Of a stretch of 64,000 nucleotides of DNA, positions 51,870 through 62,441 are shown one piece after another. A model generated the notes under the pieces. The model was not told the DNA's origin. It saw only the letters and a program-made list of their open reading frames with translations, and made no database searches. Made by a program: the position numbers and the translations under genes. The stretch is from Marsupella aquatica (taxonomy: Eukaryota; Plantae; Marchantiophyta). How positions within the stretch are numbered: position 1 is the first letter of the stretch; every line of letters starts with the position of its first letter. The DNA lies in NCBI GenBank assembly GCA_973895155.1, contig OZ316893.1:4136490-4200489 (forward strand), read 5' to 3'.

Positions 51870-52344
51870 TGTTGGGTATTTACTCTTACGTCTAGGTTAG
51901 GTATGACGTGGTTGGTACAATAACGTGGGTTGGTACAACTACGTGGTTAGGTACAACTATGTGATTAGGTACAACTATGTGGTTAGGTACAACTACGTGA
52001 TTAGGTACAACTATGTGGTTAGGTACAACTACGTGATTAGGTACAACTATGTGGTTAGGTACAACTATGTGGTTAGGTACAACTAAGTTGCACACTATAT
52101 CATAAGAGGCATGTGTGCTTGGAGAGGTAGAACCAAGGCTCATTGTTATGGAGCCACTTGAGAGATAGGGAGAGCTTACACTGTGGAGACTCGGTATAGC
52201 CGACGGGCTTAGAGTTCAGTAAAGTTCTCTTGTGTGTTCCCGTGGACGTAGCCTCAAGGAGGTGAACCACGTATCTCTTGTGTCGACTATTGTGCGTTGG
52301 ATGGTTCATGGGCTTGCCGTTGCGATCGTCGTCTATGCTCAACA
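51870..52344 (+). repeat. 5' LTR (475 bp) with 10 x 18-bp tandem repeat
   Basis: tgttgggt...ctcaaca, with internal gtg(g/a)ttaggtacaacta(t/c) repeats at 51908-52086. Confidence 0.97.
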
Positions 52345-52346
52345 AT

Positions 52347-52358
52347 TGGTATCAGAGC
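52347..52358 (+). promoter_or_regulatory. Primer binding site complementary to initiator tRNA-Met
   Basis: tggtatcagagc lies two bases after the 5' LTR, the canonical plant tRNAi-Met PBS. Confidence 0.93.
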
Positions 52359-53503
52359 ATGCTTGGGAGGTGACGTGTGTTCGTGACGGGATTTCATGAC
52401 GGTTTTTCCAGCGTTGAGTGTTGGTGGATTTTCCAGAGTTCCATCGCATGGAACTTGGAGTTTATGGGCTCAACGGATAGATCAGGGCAAGAGCTTTCTA
52501 ACGGTGTGAAGAAATCGTTGAACGGAGCTCGTGGTGCAGAGAGATCTAAGTTTTCGTCGTTCTGGATTTTGTGAAGAAAGTTGGCAATCGACTCGGAGGG
52601 AGAAGCGTCAAGTGTTTTGACTCAACGGAGAGATTGAGGCAAGACGATTGTTTTTGAGTCCGGGATTGGCTCTTTGATGCAAAGAGGAAGGCTAAGCAAA
52701 ATCAATTACCTTGTTGGACTTGGTGACGGCACCAAGTGCAATTGATCAACATTCGTTGTTGACAAGGTACCATTTTTTTCTCTTTGAAAAAACTGATTCG
52801 AAATTGGCTATGGCAATTGAGAGAAATCTGTCATCTTTACCAATTTTTTTCTCCCTCGTTCTTTCCTCGTTTTGGGTGCTTCTTATATCGATCTTCATTG
52901 CCTCGGAGTCTAGTTTCCAAATCTGAAATCGGATCTTGATTTCGTCAAAACCCGAGTGAGATATCTTGCGTTTGGTGTCGAGGGGTACATTCTGCCGTGT
53001 GTATTTTCTGCGCGCGCGACCAGATTTCGACGACGAAGGGTGGTAGGGGGTTTTGGGGGTTCGAGGACACATGTCAGCCCCTCGATTGTTCTTCCAAAAT
53101 TCCCACAGGGCCTGTACAAGGGTCATAGAATATTCCAAAAAACCAGAGAGCTATTTTTTTACCGTCCGACAAAGATTTCATCCGCCGAACGGTAACTTTT
53201 TTGGTTATTTTTCGGCGAGGTCGTAGCCATTGAAGTTGGCAATGCAGCGCACCAATCACATCGCAATTCCGACAACGGGTTGTACTTGGTATTTCGGTTA
53301 TTCCCTGAGGTGGTCAAAACGGGGGAGTTTCCCAAGGTTTTACCCACCTCGACCGAAATTTGAATAACTTTTCCGTCAAATTTCGATTTTGATTTCGGTT
53401 TTCAGTATTGGACTCCTAGCTTTGTAGGCTACGCGGCGGTGTTGAGTTTTGAGTTTTTCGAGAAGTTGTGAAAAACAACATTTTTTGTGACTTTCTCATA
53501 TGA

Positions 53504-54535
53504 GTGATTCGGAGGAGTTTTTTCGAAGACGTGGAACTTGAAGCACGAGGATCACCGCGGAGGTTTCAGGGGCAGAGAGAGGAGCAGGAGGAAGAGCACG
53601 TGACACCGATACCATCACCGGTGCGGCGTGTGGTGGAGGAAGCAGTACTACTACCGGAGCTCACGGTAAAGAAGAAGATGGGGACTTTCAAGCTTGGGGG
53701 ACCCAAGTATGAAGTGACAAAGTATGATGGGCGCTCTGACTACTTGCTATGGGAGAAGCAAGTGAAGGGAGTGCTTTATGCGTCAGGGATGGGCCAACTG
53801 CTGAGCCCTCGTGAAGACGATGTTGATGAGAAACAATGGGACCGCATGCAGGAGCAGGGAGTGTGGTGTGTTACACTCTATCTCATGCCTCCCATCATCA
53901 AGCAGTTAGGTGCACATAAGGATTGCATGTCCTTGTTTGCGGAATTGCAGAGCAAGTATCACCGCAAGGAGTTGTCGAACCGGCTCTACACTTCCTACAA
54001 ACTGATGAGTTTCAGGATGAAGGAATCTGGTACGAAGTTGCAAGACCATGTGGATGCTTTCAACGACATGGTCGTTGACTTGGAAAACCTTGGGGAGACT
54101 TTGAATGATGAGACGAAGGCTCTGCAGCTTCTTAGTTCATTGCCTCCATCTTACCAGTCCCTATCACGAGTGTTGTTGCATCGTGATAGGGATACCATTT
54201 CATACAATGACGTGGTAAGTTCTCTGCTTAGTGATGATCTTCAGCAGAAGATGCACATCACGTCACAGCCTTCATCATCTGGTGCTGCCCTCAATGTTAA
54301 CCGTGGGAGGAGTATGCAGCGACCAACTGGGGACCGTAGAACCCAGTTTAGATCTAAATCCAGATCTAAGTCCAAGGGTAAATCCCCTCAGAGGAGGCAG
54401 GTGACATGTTGGAAGTGCAACCAAGTTGGACACTTCAAGCGAGACTGTAAGGGAAAGGCAGCGGAAACTTCATCGGCAAATGTGGCTAGGGCTGATGGAG
54501 AAGCTGATTTACTCAATGATGAGTATGTTTTATGA
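53504..54535 (+). CDS. gag: Copia Gag (UBN2-type capsid plus CCHC zinc knuckle)
   Basis: KYDGRSDYLLWEKQVKGVL, LLSSLPPSY and CWKCNQVGHFKRDC. First ATG at 53678; ends at TGA 54533-54535. Confidence 0.92.
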   Translation: MIRRSFFEDVELEARGSPRRFQGQREEQEEEHVTPIPSPVRRVVEEAVLLPELTVKKKMGTFKLGGPKYEVTKYDGRSDYLLWEKQVKGVLYASGMGQLLSPREDDVDEKQWDRMQEQGVWCVTLYLMPPIIKQLGAHKDCMSLFAELQSKYHRKELSNRLYTSYKLMSFRMKESGTKLQDHVDAFNDMVVDLENLGETLNDETKALQLLSSLPPSYQSLSRVLLHRDRDTISYNDVVSSLLSDDLQQKMHITSQPSSSGAALNVNRGRSMQRPTGDRRTQFRSKSRSKSKGKSPQRRQVTCWKCNQVGHFKRDCKGKAAETSSANVARADGEADLLNDEYVL

Positions 54536-57500
54536 AGCCGGGGGTATGCCCTGTGCACGTCATCTAGGAGAGCAGATGATGTGTGGATTCTTGATTGTGC
54601 TTGCTCTTTTCATATTTGTTACATTCGTGAGTTTTTCAGTTCTTACTCTGTTTCAAACGGTTCAGTTCTGATGGGAAATGATCACTCCTGTCAAATTGAG
54701 GGAATTGGGTCTGTGAAGATTCAAATGTTTGATGGCGCTGTGCGCATAGTGTCCGGAGTCAGGTATGTACCTGGCATGCGTAAGAATCTGATTTCACTCG
54801 GTGTGTTGGATTCAAATGGTCATCAATGGAGCGTTATTGATGGTGAACTTCAAGTCAGGTCGGGAGAGACAGTGATTTTGAAGGGGAGTAGACAAAAGAA
54901 TTTGTATGTGTTACAGGGCAATACTGTATGTGGAGAGGCCAATGTAACCAAGTCTCACGAGGAGATGACTCAACTGTGGCATTCACGGCTAGGCCACATG
55001 AGTGAGAAGGGTTTGGCTATCTTACGGAAGAATGGACTCATTTCTGATTTGCAATCTTGTAAATTAGAGTTTTGTGAGCATTGCATTCTTGGAAAGCAGC
55101 ATCGTCGTGCTTTTGGTGTTGGAACTCATCGTTCCAAAGCGGTTCTTGAGTACATACATAGTGACGTGTGGGGTCCATCCCCGACTCCCTCACACTCTGG
55201 AAAGTTGTACTATGTATCATTTATTGATGATTACTCAAGATTTGTGTGGATTTATTTCATGACGCATAAGTCTGATGTCTTGTCCATTTTTAAGAAGTGG
55301 AAGGCCCAGGTGGAGAATCAGACTGGAAACACGATCAAGTGTTTGGATACAAGGGTGAAGAGTCTGAGGTCAGACAACGGCGGGGAGTACACTTCAATGG
55401 AATTTGAAGAGTACTGTTCAGAACAGGGGATAACTCGCCATCTCACCACAGTTTATACTCCGCAGCAGAATGGTGTCGCTGAGAGGCTCAATCGGACACT
55501 GTTGGAGCGGTCACGGAGTATGTTGAGCCAATCAGGTTTACCACAAGAATTTTGGGCAGAAGCTGTCAATACCGCAGCTTATTTGGTAAATCTTTCTCCT
55601 TCTAGTGCTATCAATTTCAAAACGCCGTTTGAGATGGGCTATAAGCGGCAAGCAGACTATCATGGCTTGGTAATTTTTGGAAGTGATGCATATGCTCTCA
55701 CACCAAAGCAGAATAGGACCAAGTTGGATCCTACCTCCAGGAAATGTGTTTTTCTTGGGTACCAGAGTGGTGTGAAAGCCTATAGGCTATGGGATCCTAT
55801 TGCCTGTAAGCTCATTGTCAGTAGGGATGTTTCCTTCAATGAATCCAGATTATTGAAGGAGGGGGAGAATACTCAGGTCTCCCGTACTGACAAAGGAAAA
55901 TCTCCTATCCCGGATCTCGTTGAGGGGGAGATTGGTTATGAGATGCATGACCGGAGAGAAGGAGTTGCTCCAATTATGGAGCTGGTTCCTATGCCAGAGG
56001 AACCAGAGGAGTTTGTTGATGCTGGTGAGCAACAAGTGGATGCTGTTGAGCTTCAAATTGTACCAGCACACGCAGATCAACCGGAGTCATCGACTAGAAG
56101 AACATCTGGTCGCACTGTACACGCTCCATCAAGGTATGGACAGTGGGTTGATTCATCTCAACTGCAAGAGGATGATTTTACAGCTGATGATGAGGGTGAT
56201 GCGTTAATTTTGGAAGAAGGAGAACCTTCTTCATTTCATGAGGCAAGTGCTTCAAAAGAGAAGCAGAAGTGGACTGCAGCAATGCAAACGGAGATGCAGT
56301 CACTAAAGGACAACAAAACTTGGGAGCTTGTTAAGCTGCCTAAGGGTCAGCAAGTGGTGGACAGCAAGTGGATTTACAAGCTGAAGGATAATTCCATAGG
56401 AGGTGGATCGAAGGTCTACAAGGCTAGATTGGTAGCAAAGGGATTCACACAAGAGAAAGGTGTGGATTACAATGAGGTCTTCTCACCAGTTGCTAAGTAC
56501 TCTACAATACGACTATTGTGTGTACTTGTTGTAATGTTTGGTCTGCTCCTAGATCAGATGGATGTTGTCACAGCTTTCCTCTATGGCACATTGGAAGAGG
56601 TGATCTTCATGAGACAACCGCTAGGTTTTGTGAAGAGAGGACAGGAGGAATTGGTTTGCAGATTGCTGAAATCCTTGTATGGGTTGAAGCAGTCACCAAG
56701 ACAGTGGAACAAGCGGTTTGACGATTGGATTCGGTCACAAGGTTTTCACAGAAGTGTATTTGACCCTTGTGTGTATTTGAAACCGGTGAAGAATGTTGTC
56801 TTTGGGTTCATTGTTTTAGTACTTTATGTGGATGACATGCTAATTGCAGCCAAGGATAGGTCTGAGATTGTTAAGCTCAAGGCACTGCTTAGTGCAGAGT
56901 TTAAGATGAAGGACTTAGGGCCAGCTAAGAGGATTTTGGGTATGGAGATCACTAGGGACTTGGAGGCTGGCAAGCTATGGTTGACGCAGAGCAGTTATGC
57001 GAGGAAGGTAATTGCAAGGTTCAACATGGAGAATAGCAAGCCAGTAAGTACCCCGTTGGCTCCACACTTCAAGTTATCATCAGCGTTCTGTCCTACGGAT
57101 GACACAGAGAAGGGGTTGATGTCAAAGGTTCCATATGACAAGGCAGTGGGGAGTCTCATGTATTTGATGACTTGCACTAGACCTGATCTTGCCATGGCTA
57201 TGGGCAAGGTGAGCAGGTACATGTCGAATCCAGGGAAGGTACACTGGGAAGCAGTGAAGTGGATTATCAGGTACTTGAAGGGTACCGTGGATCATGGTCT
57301 TTTATTTGATGCGAATGCAAAGAATGCTAGATCATTGATTGGCTATGTAGATTCTGACTATGGACAAGATTTGGACCGAAGGAGATCAACAACAGGATAC
57401 GTGTTCACACTTGGCGGTGGATGCATAAGTTGGAGGTCTACTTTGCAGAAGTGTATTGCTCAGTCTACTACAGAAGCGGAGTATGTTGCAGCTGCGGAAG

Positions 57501-57808
57501 CAGCAAAGGAAGCGATTTGGTTGGATAGACTTATCACTGAAATGGGATTGCCACAGGGGAATGTGAAGCTCCATTGTGATAGTCAAAGTGCGCTCCACCT
57601 TGCTGTGAACCAAGTGATGGACAGTAGAGTGAAGCACATTGACGTCAGGTACCATTTTATCAGGCAGGCTGTGTCTGATAATTTGTTTGAGCTAGTCAAG
57701 ATTGATGGTAAACTCAACCCGGCTGACGCATTTACCAAAGTGATTCCTTTGGAGAGTTTCTCTAGACACCGTGACGTATTGCAGGTTTTGCAATTGCATC
57801 ACAAGTAG
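54536..57808 (+). CDS. pol: Copia Pol (protease, integrase, reverse transcriptase, RNase H)
   Basis: Same frame as gag, directly after the TGA. Motifs: PR WILDCACSFH; IN WHSRLGH..CEHC, HSDVWGP, LRSDNGGEY, PQQNGVAER; RT YKARLVAKG, LYGLKQSPRQW, LYVDDML; RH YVDSD, TEAEYVA, HCDSQSA, KHIDVRYHFIR. Confidence 0.96.
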   Translation, partial: SRGYALCTSSRRADDVWILDCACSFHICYIREFFSSYSVSNGSVLMGNDHSCQIEGIGSVKIQMFDGAVRIVSGVRYVPGMRKNLISLGVLDSNGHQWSVIDGELQVRSGETVILKGSRQKNLYVLQGNTVCGEANVTKSHEEMTQLWHSRLGHMSEKGLAILRKNGLISDLQSCKLEFCEHCILGKQHRRAFGVGTHRSKAVLEYIHSDVWGPSPTPSHSGKLYYVSFIDDYSRFVWIYFMTHKSDVLSIFKKWKAQVENQTGNTIKCLDTRVKSLRSDNGGEYTSMEFEEYCSEQGITRHLTTVYTPQQNGVAERLNRTLLERSRSMLSQSGLPQEFWAEAVNTAAYLVNLSPSSAINFKTPFEMGYKRQADYHGLVIFGSDAYALTPKQNRTKLDPTSRKCVFLGYQSGVKAYRLWDPIACKLIVSRDVSFNESRLLKEGENTQVSRTDKGKSPIPDLVEGEIGYEMHDRREGVAPIMELVPMPEEPEEFVDAGEQQVDAVELQIVPAHADQPESSTRRTSGRTVHAPSRYGQWVDSSQLQEDDFTADDEGDALILEEGEPSSFHEASASKEKQKWTAAMQTEMQSLKDNKTWELVKLPKGQQVVDSKWIYKLKDNSIGGGSKVYKARLVAKGFTQEKGVDYNEVFSPVAKYSTIRLLCVLVVMFGLLLDQMDVVTAFLYGTLEEVIFMRQPLGFVKRGQEELVCRLLKSLYGLKQSPRQWNKRFDDWIRSQGFHRSVFDPCVYLKPVKNVVFGFIVLVLYVDDMLIAAKDRSEIVKLKALLSAEFKMKDLGPAKRILGMEITRDLEAGKLWLTQSSYARKVIARFNMENSKPVSTPLAPHFKLSSAFCPTDDTEKGLMSKVPYDKAVGSLMYLMTCTRPDLAMAMGKVSRYMSNPGKVHWEAVKWIIRYLKGTVDHGLLFDANAKNARSLIGYVDSDYGQDLDRRRSTTGYVFTLGGGCISWRSTLQKCIAQSTTEAEYVAAAEAAKEAIWLDRLITEMGLPQGNVKLHCDSQSALHLAVNQVMDSRVKHIDVRYHFIRQAVSDNLFELVKIDGKLNPADAFTKVIPLESFSRHRDVLQVLQLHHK

Positions 57809-57999
57809 AGTTTTCTTAAACATTCATTGTAATTACTGATATATGCTCTTCCTCATTCCTATGTATTAGGCTACGGCTTAGTTCTGGTTTGCTCTAGTTA
57901 GAGAGGGAAACCGGTTTGGTTTCTGTCCAGAATTTCCCGCTGAGGGATCATATACATTGGCAGTATTACTCTCCCCTAGACCAGAGTCAAGGGGAAGAT

Positions 58000-58473
58000 T
58001 GTTGGGTATTTACTCTTACGTCTAGGTTAGGTATGACGTGGTTGGTACAACAACGTGGGTTGGTACAACTACGTGGTTAGGTACAACTATGTGATTAGGT
58101 ACAACTATGTGGTTAGGTACAACTACGTGATTAGGTACAACTATGTGGTTAGGTACAACTACGTGATTAGGTACAACTATGTGGTTAGGTACAACTATGT
58201 GGTTAGGTACAACTAAGTTGCACACTATATCATAAGAGGCATGTGTGCTTGGAGAGGTAGAACCAAGGCTCATTGTTATGGAGCCACTTGAGAGTAGGGA
58301 GAGCTTACACTGTGGAGACTCGGTATAGCCGACGGGCTTAGAGTTCAGTAAAGTTCTCTTGTGTGTTCCCGTGGACGTAGCCTCAAGGAGGTGAACCACG
58401 TATCTCTTGTGTCGACTATTGTGCGTTGGATGGTTCATGGGCTTGCCGTTGCGATCGTCGTCTATGCTCAACA
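58000..58473 (+). repeat. 3' LTR (474 bp)
   Basis: Near-identical copy of 51870-52344, preceded by the PPT. Confidence 0.97.
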
Positions 58474-58762
58474 GAGTCGACACAGAGAGATATGTGGTTC
58501 ACCTCCACATGAGACTACGTCCACGGAACACACAAGAGCTTTACTGCACTCTAGGCCAACCGACCATACCAAGCATCCACAGCACAAGCTCTCCCTATCT
58601 CTCAACTAGCTCCGTAACAATGAGCCTAAGTTCCACTCAGGGTCTGGCATCAGCCCTGGCTATATGCACAACAACACTACCGCTAACATTAGCTAAGTCC
58701 TAACCCGAGTTAGACTAACTGTGGTTAACTCAAGAGTCACAAGACTATAGCAATATCTAACA

Positions 58763-59215
58763 TTTCACTCTCTTGGACATGTTTTTCTGACATTGACATC
58801 TTTTTCCACCCCAATTTTTCCCCTCTCCTTGACATCATTTTCTCTCCTCCTCACTTTTCCTAACCTCGACATCTTATCTTTGATATTCGCAATCATCTTG
58901 TCATTTTTTTTATCACCTCTAACATCTTTTTCACACCTTGCCATCTTTTCTCTCATTGCCATCTTTCCTCACCTTTTTTTTTCCTCTTTGACATGTTTTT
59001 TCATCTCGACATCTTTTTTTCAACTTGACATTTTTTTCTCTTTGATATCTTTGTCACATTGCCATCTTTTTTCTCATTGCCATCTGTATTCACCTTTTTT
59101 TTCTCTTTGACATCCTTTTCCACCTCAACATCTTTTTTTCATCTACATATCTTTTTTCTCTTTGATATTTTTTTTCATTTAAATATTTTTTCCTCACCTC
59201 AAGATCTTTTGTGCA
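58763..59215 (-). repeat. Pyrimidine-rich low-complexity tract (ttgacatctttttt units)
   Basis: Continues the tract at ~51700-51809 on the other side of the nested LTR insertion. It is the reverse-complement type of 49426-50090. Confidence 0.6.
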
Positions 59216-59449
59216 AAGACACGGAACTACTAATTGTATATTAGAGTACATTCGAGCTTGGTTAGGATGGCAAAGCCTGGTCAAGTCTAGACTCGACCCA
59301 ACAGAATCGGAGTTCTTGCCCGCCTCCTTGAATAGAGAGCAGAAGTCAGGGGTCCAGTGTTCAATTTTGGTCCAGAAAGCTCATCGTTGAGCCTCGCTTG
59401 TCTCTGTTGTTATTAGAGCTGCTCTTCAATCCAATCCCGGGCTGCAAAT

Positions 59450-62441
59450 ATGACTCCCTCTTTGCAGATCGACATCGTAGGTGTCATACTCTTTGTGTCC
59501 TCTTTTTCTCACTTATCTGTCTCCGCCCAAAGTCCTGTCCAAGTTTTGGCTGGGTTTGGTCGTATCTTTGCTCTCCATGGTCCATGTCTCAAGTCCTGTC
59601 CGACCCTGTCGATTTCTGTCCGACCCTGTCGATTTCTGTGGTCTCGATTTTGTGCAATGCAATTGAACTTAAATGGCATCAGTTAAGGTCAACTCGACTC
59701 ATTTATGTTCAAGTTAACTCAAATTCAGTTGAGCTGATTTCGTTTCAATTCTGGACAGAGACGAGGTCGTCGAGTCAATTCTGTCATCTGGTTAACCACC
59801 TGAAGCTAGTAATCTTGCTTGATGTGTGAAATTAGTTACATTTTGTGCAAGAGGGCAGTCAAACCTTTGATTTTCCGTTATGCGCAGGATGAATCGAAAT
59901 AATTTTTGTTTGGCTGATTTTGGTTTCAGATGGAGAGCCGTAAGTGAATTAAGCACAAAGTATTTCTTACTTTCCTGATCCAAAGAAGGTTTTCATAAAT
60001 TTCTCGGGTATGTTGTTGTGCAGGTTCCGTGCCTACAAGATAATTATGCGTATTTGATTCATGATACGACCACAGGAATAACTGGTATCGTGGATCCTTC
60101 TGAAGCCGAGCCTGTGGAAAAGGCATTGAAGGCTAAGGGAGTGAAATTGGACTTTATTCTCAATACTCACCATCACTGGGATCACACCGGTGCCAACGAG
60201 GAGCTGAAGCGCAAGTTCAATGCTAAGGTCTATTTTTCGAACTCACACCAGCTTAGCGATCAAGTTGTTTTTGGAGAATCTATGTTCTTTTTCATGGAGA
60301 ATAAATCAAAGTATAATCCATTGAGAAATTGTGTGATGGACACATTCCTGTCCCTTGGTTGACATTCATTATCTCAGATTTGCGTCTGGTCCCATGCCTG
60401 TGACCCACGGGCATAGTGGGCGAGTTTCTGTAACAACAAAACTAGTGTTTGCCTACTCGCAATCCCTAACTCACTTGAGGGCCCTTGGCTGGGTTATTTA
60501 GTATTCCCATAAAATCACTAGTTTCAGATGTCATAAGATCCTTCGCAGCTTTCCTCACTGATTGTTGGGGAGAGGTTGAGATGGATTCCAACGTAACTGT
60601 GTACCGATACCAAATCACTGTCTCGGTCAGCGTTTTCTACTTGGCCTTGCAACTGGTGGCCAGATTTTGCATTAATTTTTTGACCATCACATTCCAAGAC
60701 CAATTAGTCTCCATTTCTGCTCTGGGTTGAAAATCAGCTTGTGCTATTTCTATTCCTCCGTGTGTACCGAATGTCTTTGGGTTATTGGGGTCATTTTGTT
60801 AGCTTGATTCTAGTGTTTTCACTAATTTTCACGAACACGTTCGGAGCGCTGACCTTTGTGCTAGTGTGACGGAGGGATGATCTTGATTTTGTGTTTTTCG
60901 TCCGTGTAGGTTGTCGGCCCTAAGACTGATAAGGATCGCATTCCTGGGATTGATATACCTCTAGCCAATGAGAGCTGGAATTTTGGAAGTCATATTATGC
61001 AAGCGCTGGAGACCCCTGGACACACTCGTGGTAAGTTTAAGGGCGTCCAGTCTTTGGGAAGGCCATCTTCATTGGTTGGTGGAACCTCAGCTTTGCATTG
61101 CAAAAAGTAACTAGCTGAAGACTCTGAAGAGAACAACCTTTCGTGCCAAATGTCTATTGATATTTCCTGGAGTTTGTGGCTGCACAACCGAAGTTGATGT
61201 TATTGGGTAGGATAGATATCTTGACCACCGAATTAATGGTCCTTTAAACACGAATTTGGCCTACGGGTACCATGAATTCTGACAATTGGAGCTCTGTCTG
61301 AAGGACATGTGTGCTACTACTTTGAAGAAGCGAAAGCCGTTTTTACTGGCGATACATTGTTCTCTATAGGGTGTGGACGCGTTTTTGAGGGGACAATGGA
61401 ACAGGTATGTTTCTCATTTTGCTCACAACTAGTAGTAATGGGTACAGCATCGGAGAATGTTTCAGCAATTGAAGTATGGTCCCTATGCAGGATTAGAGTT
61501 TAGAATTCAACTTTCCTGTTACGGACCCTCAAAACTTACAGAGCCTCAAATTCAATTGATTCGTCCACATTTTATTACTGCAATCTTGTCATACTTCGCA
61601 ATTAGTTTCTCAATAACTAAAATTTGGGGATGTTGCAACTTTCCCATGCGCTTTCCAGATGTGGTCCTCACTCTCACGACTGTCATCGCTGCCTGATGAT
61701 ACTCGTGTTTTCTGTGGGCATGAGTATACTGTGGTGAGTTCAATCTGCCTTTCTGTGCTGGTTCGATGTTTCAAACTCAGTTTCCGTTTGAAGTGCCAGA
61801 CAATGCCCTTGACGTCCAGACTTGGATTGTTTCTGTACAACATAATTATGCATGCAGCATACATAGTTCAAAGAGGATATAATGGCAGCTCCTTTCGAGC
61901 AAGGGAAAATTACGAATAAATCCTTTTGAGTGAAGTAGCTCCCACGGCGTGAATGCTCTAGTGGTGTCTCTTTGATGCCTTTTGGTTCCTTTCATTTCAT
62001 CAGGCAAATGCAAGGTTTGCAGTAACCGTGGAGCCAAAGAACGTGGCTTTACAGTCTCACAAGGAGGTCGCAGAGCAAGTCCGACAGAAAGGGCAATCAA
62101 CAGTGAGTCACGTCACATCTAATCTTGTCAGTTGCTCGTAGGAGAGAGTTTCCCAAAGTGGTGAATTTGGGAGTGGATGAATATGTTGCTGAATCAAAGA
62201 TTTCACTCTCACTCTCAATCTTTCCATTGCGTCAGGTCGAATTCCGATGAGAAAATTAGATATGGCCATAACATGACTTTTCTAAAATGTGCAGATACCA
62301 ACAACCATTGCAGAAGAAAAAGGCTTCAACCCATTCTTGCGACCTTTCAGTGACGAAATCAGGAAAAATGTGAAGAAAGGCAGCGCTGCAAGTGACGTTG
62401 ATGTCTTTGCTGCCGTGAGGCATGCCAAGGATACATTTTAG
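59450..62441 (+). CDS. GLX2: Glyoxalase II (hydroxyacylglutathione hydrolase), 7 exons
   Basis: Exons 59450-59476, 60024-60227, 60910-61030, 61304-61404, 61659-61733, 62004-62102 and 62295-62441. Motifs: [60 protein letters not shown]. The 5' end is uncertain. Confidence 0.93.

Larger units (their letters stand above)
51870..58473 (+). mobile_element. Full-length Ty1/copia LTR retrotransposon
   Basis: LTRs 51870-52344 and 58000-58473 (TG...CA; only one substitution and one 1-bp indel seen by eye). TSD GAGTC at 51865-51869 and 58474-58478. PBS tggtatcagagc at 52347-52358, PPT aaggggaaga at 57989-57998. Domain order is gag-PR-IN-RT-RH. Confidence 0.98.
51810..58762 (-). mobile_element. Older solo LTR (~344 bp) of a related copia family, split by the young element
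   Basis: 51810-51869 and 58479-58762 join into a TG...CA-bounded sequence that is reverse-complement-similar to the young LTR's R/U5 region. It is flanked by the 5-bp TSD TTTCA (51805-51809 and 58763-58767). Confidence 0.85.

Noticed and set aside
51892-52143. VVPNHI-repeat ORFs (also 58022-58483)
   Set aside because: They are antisense translations of the 18-bp LTR repeats.
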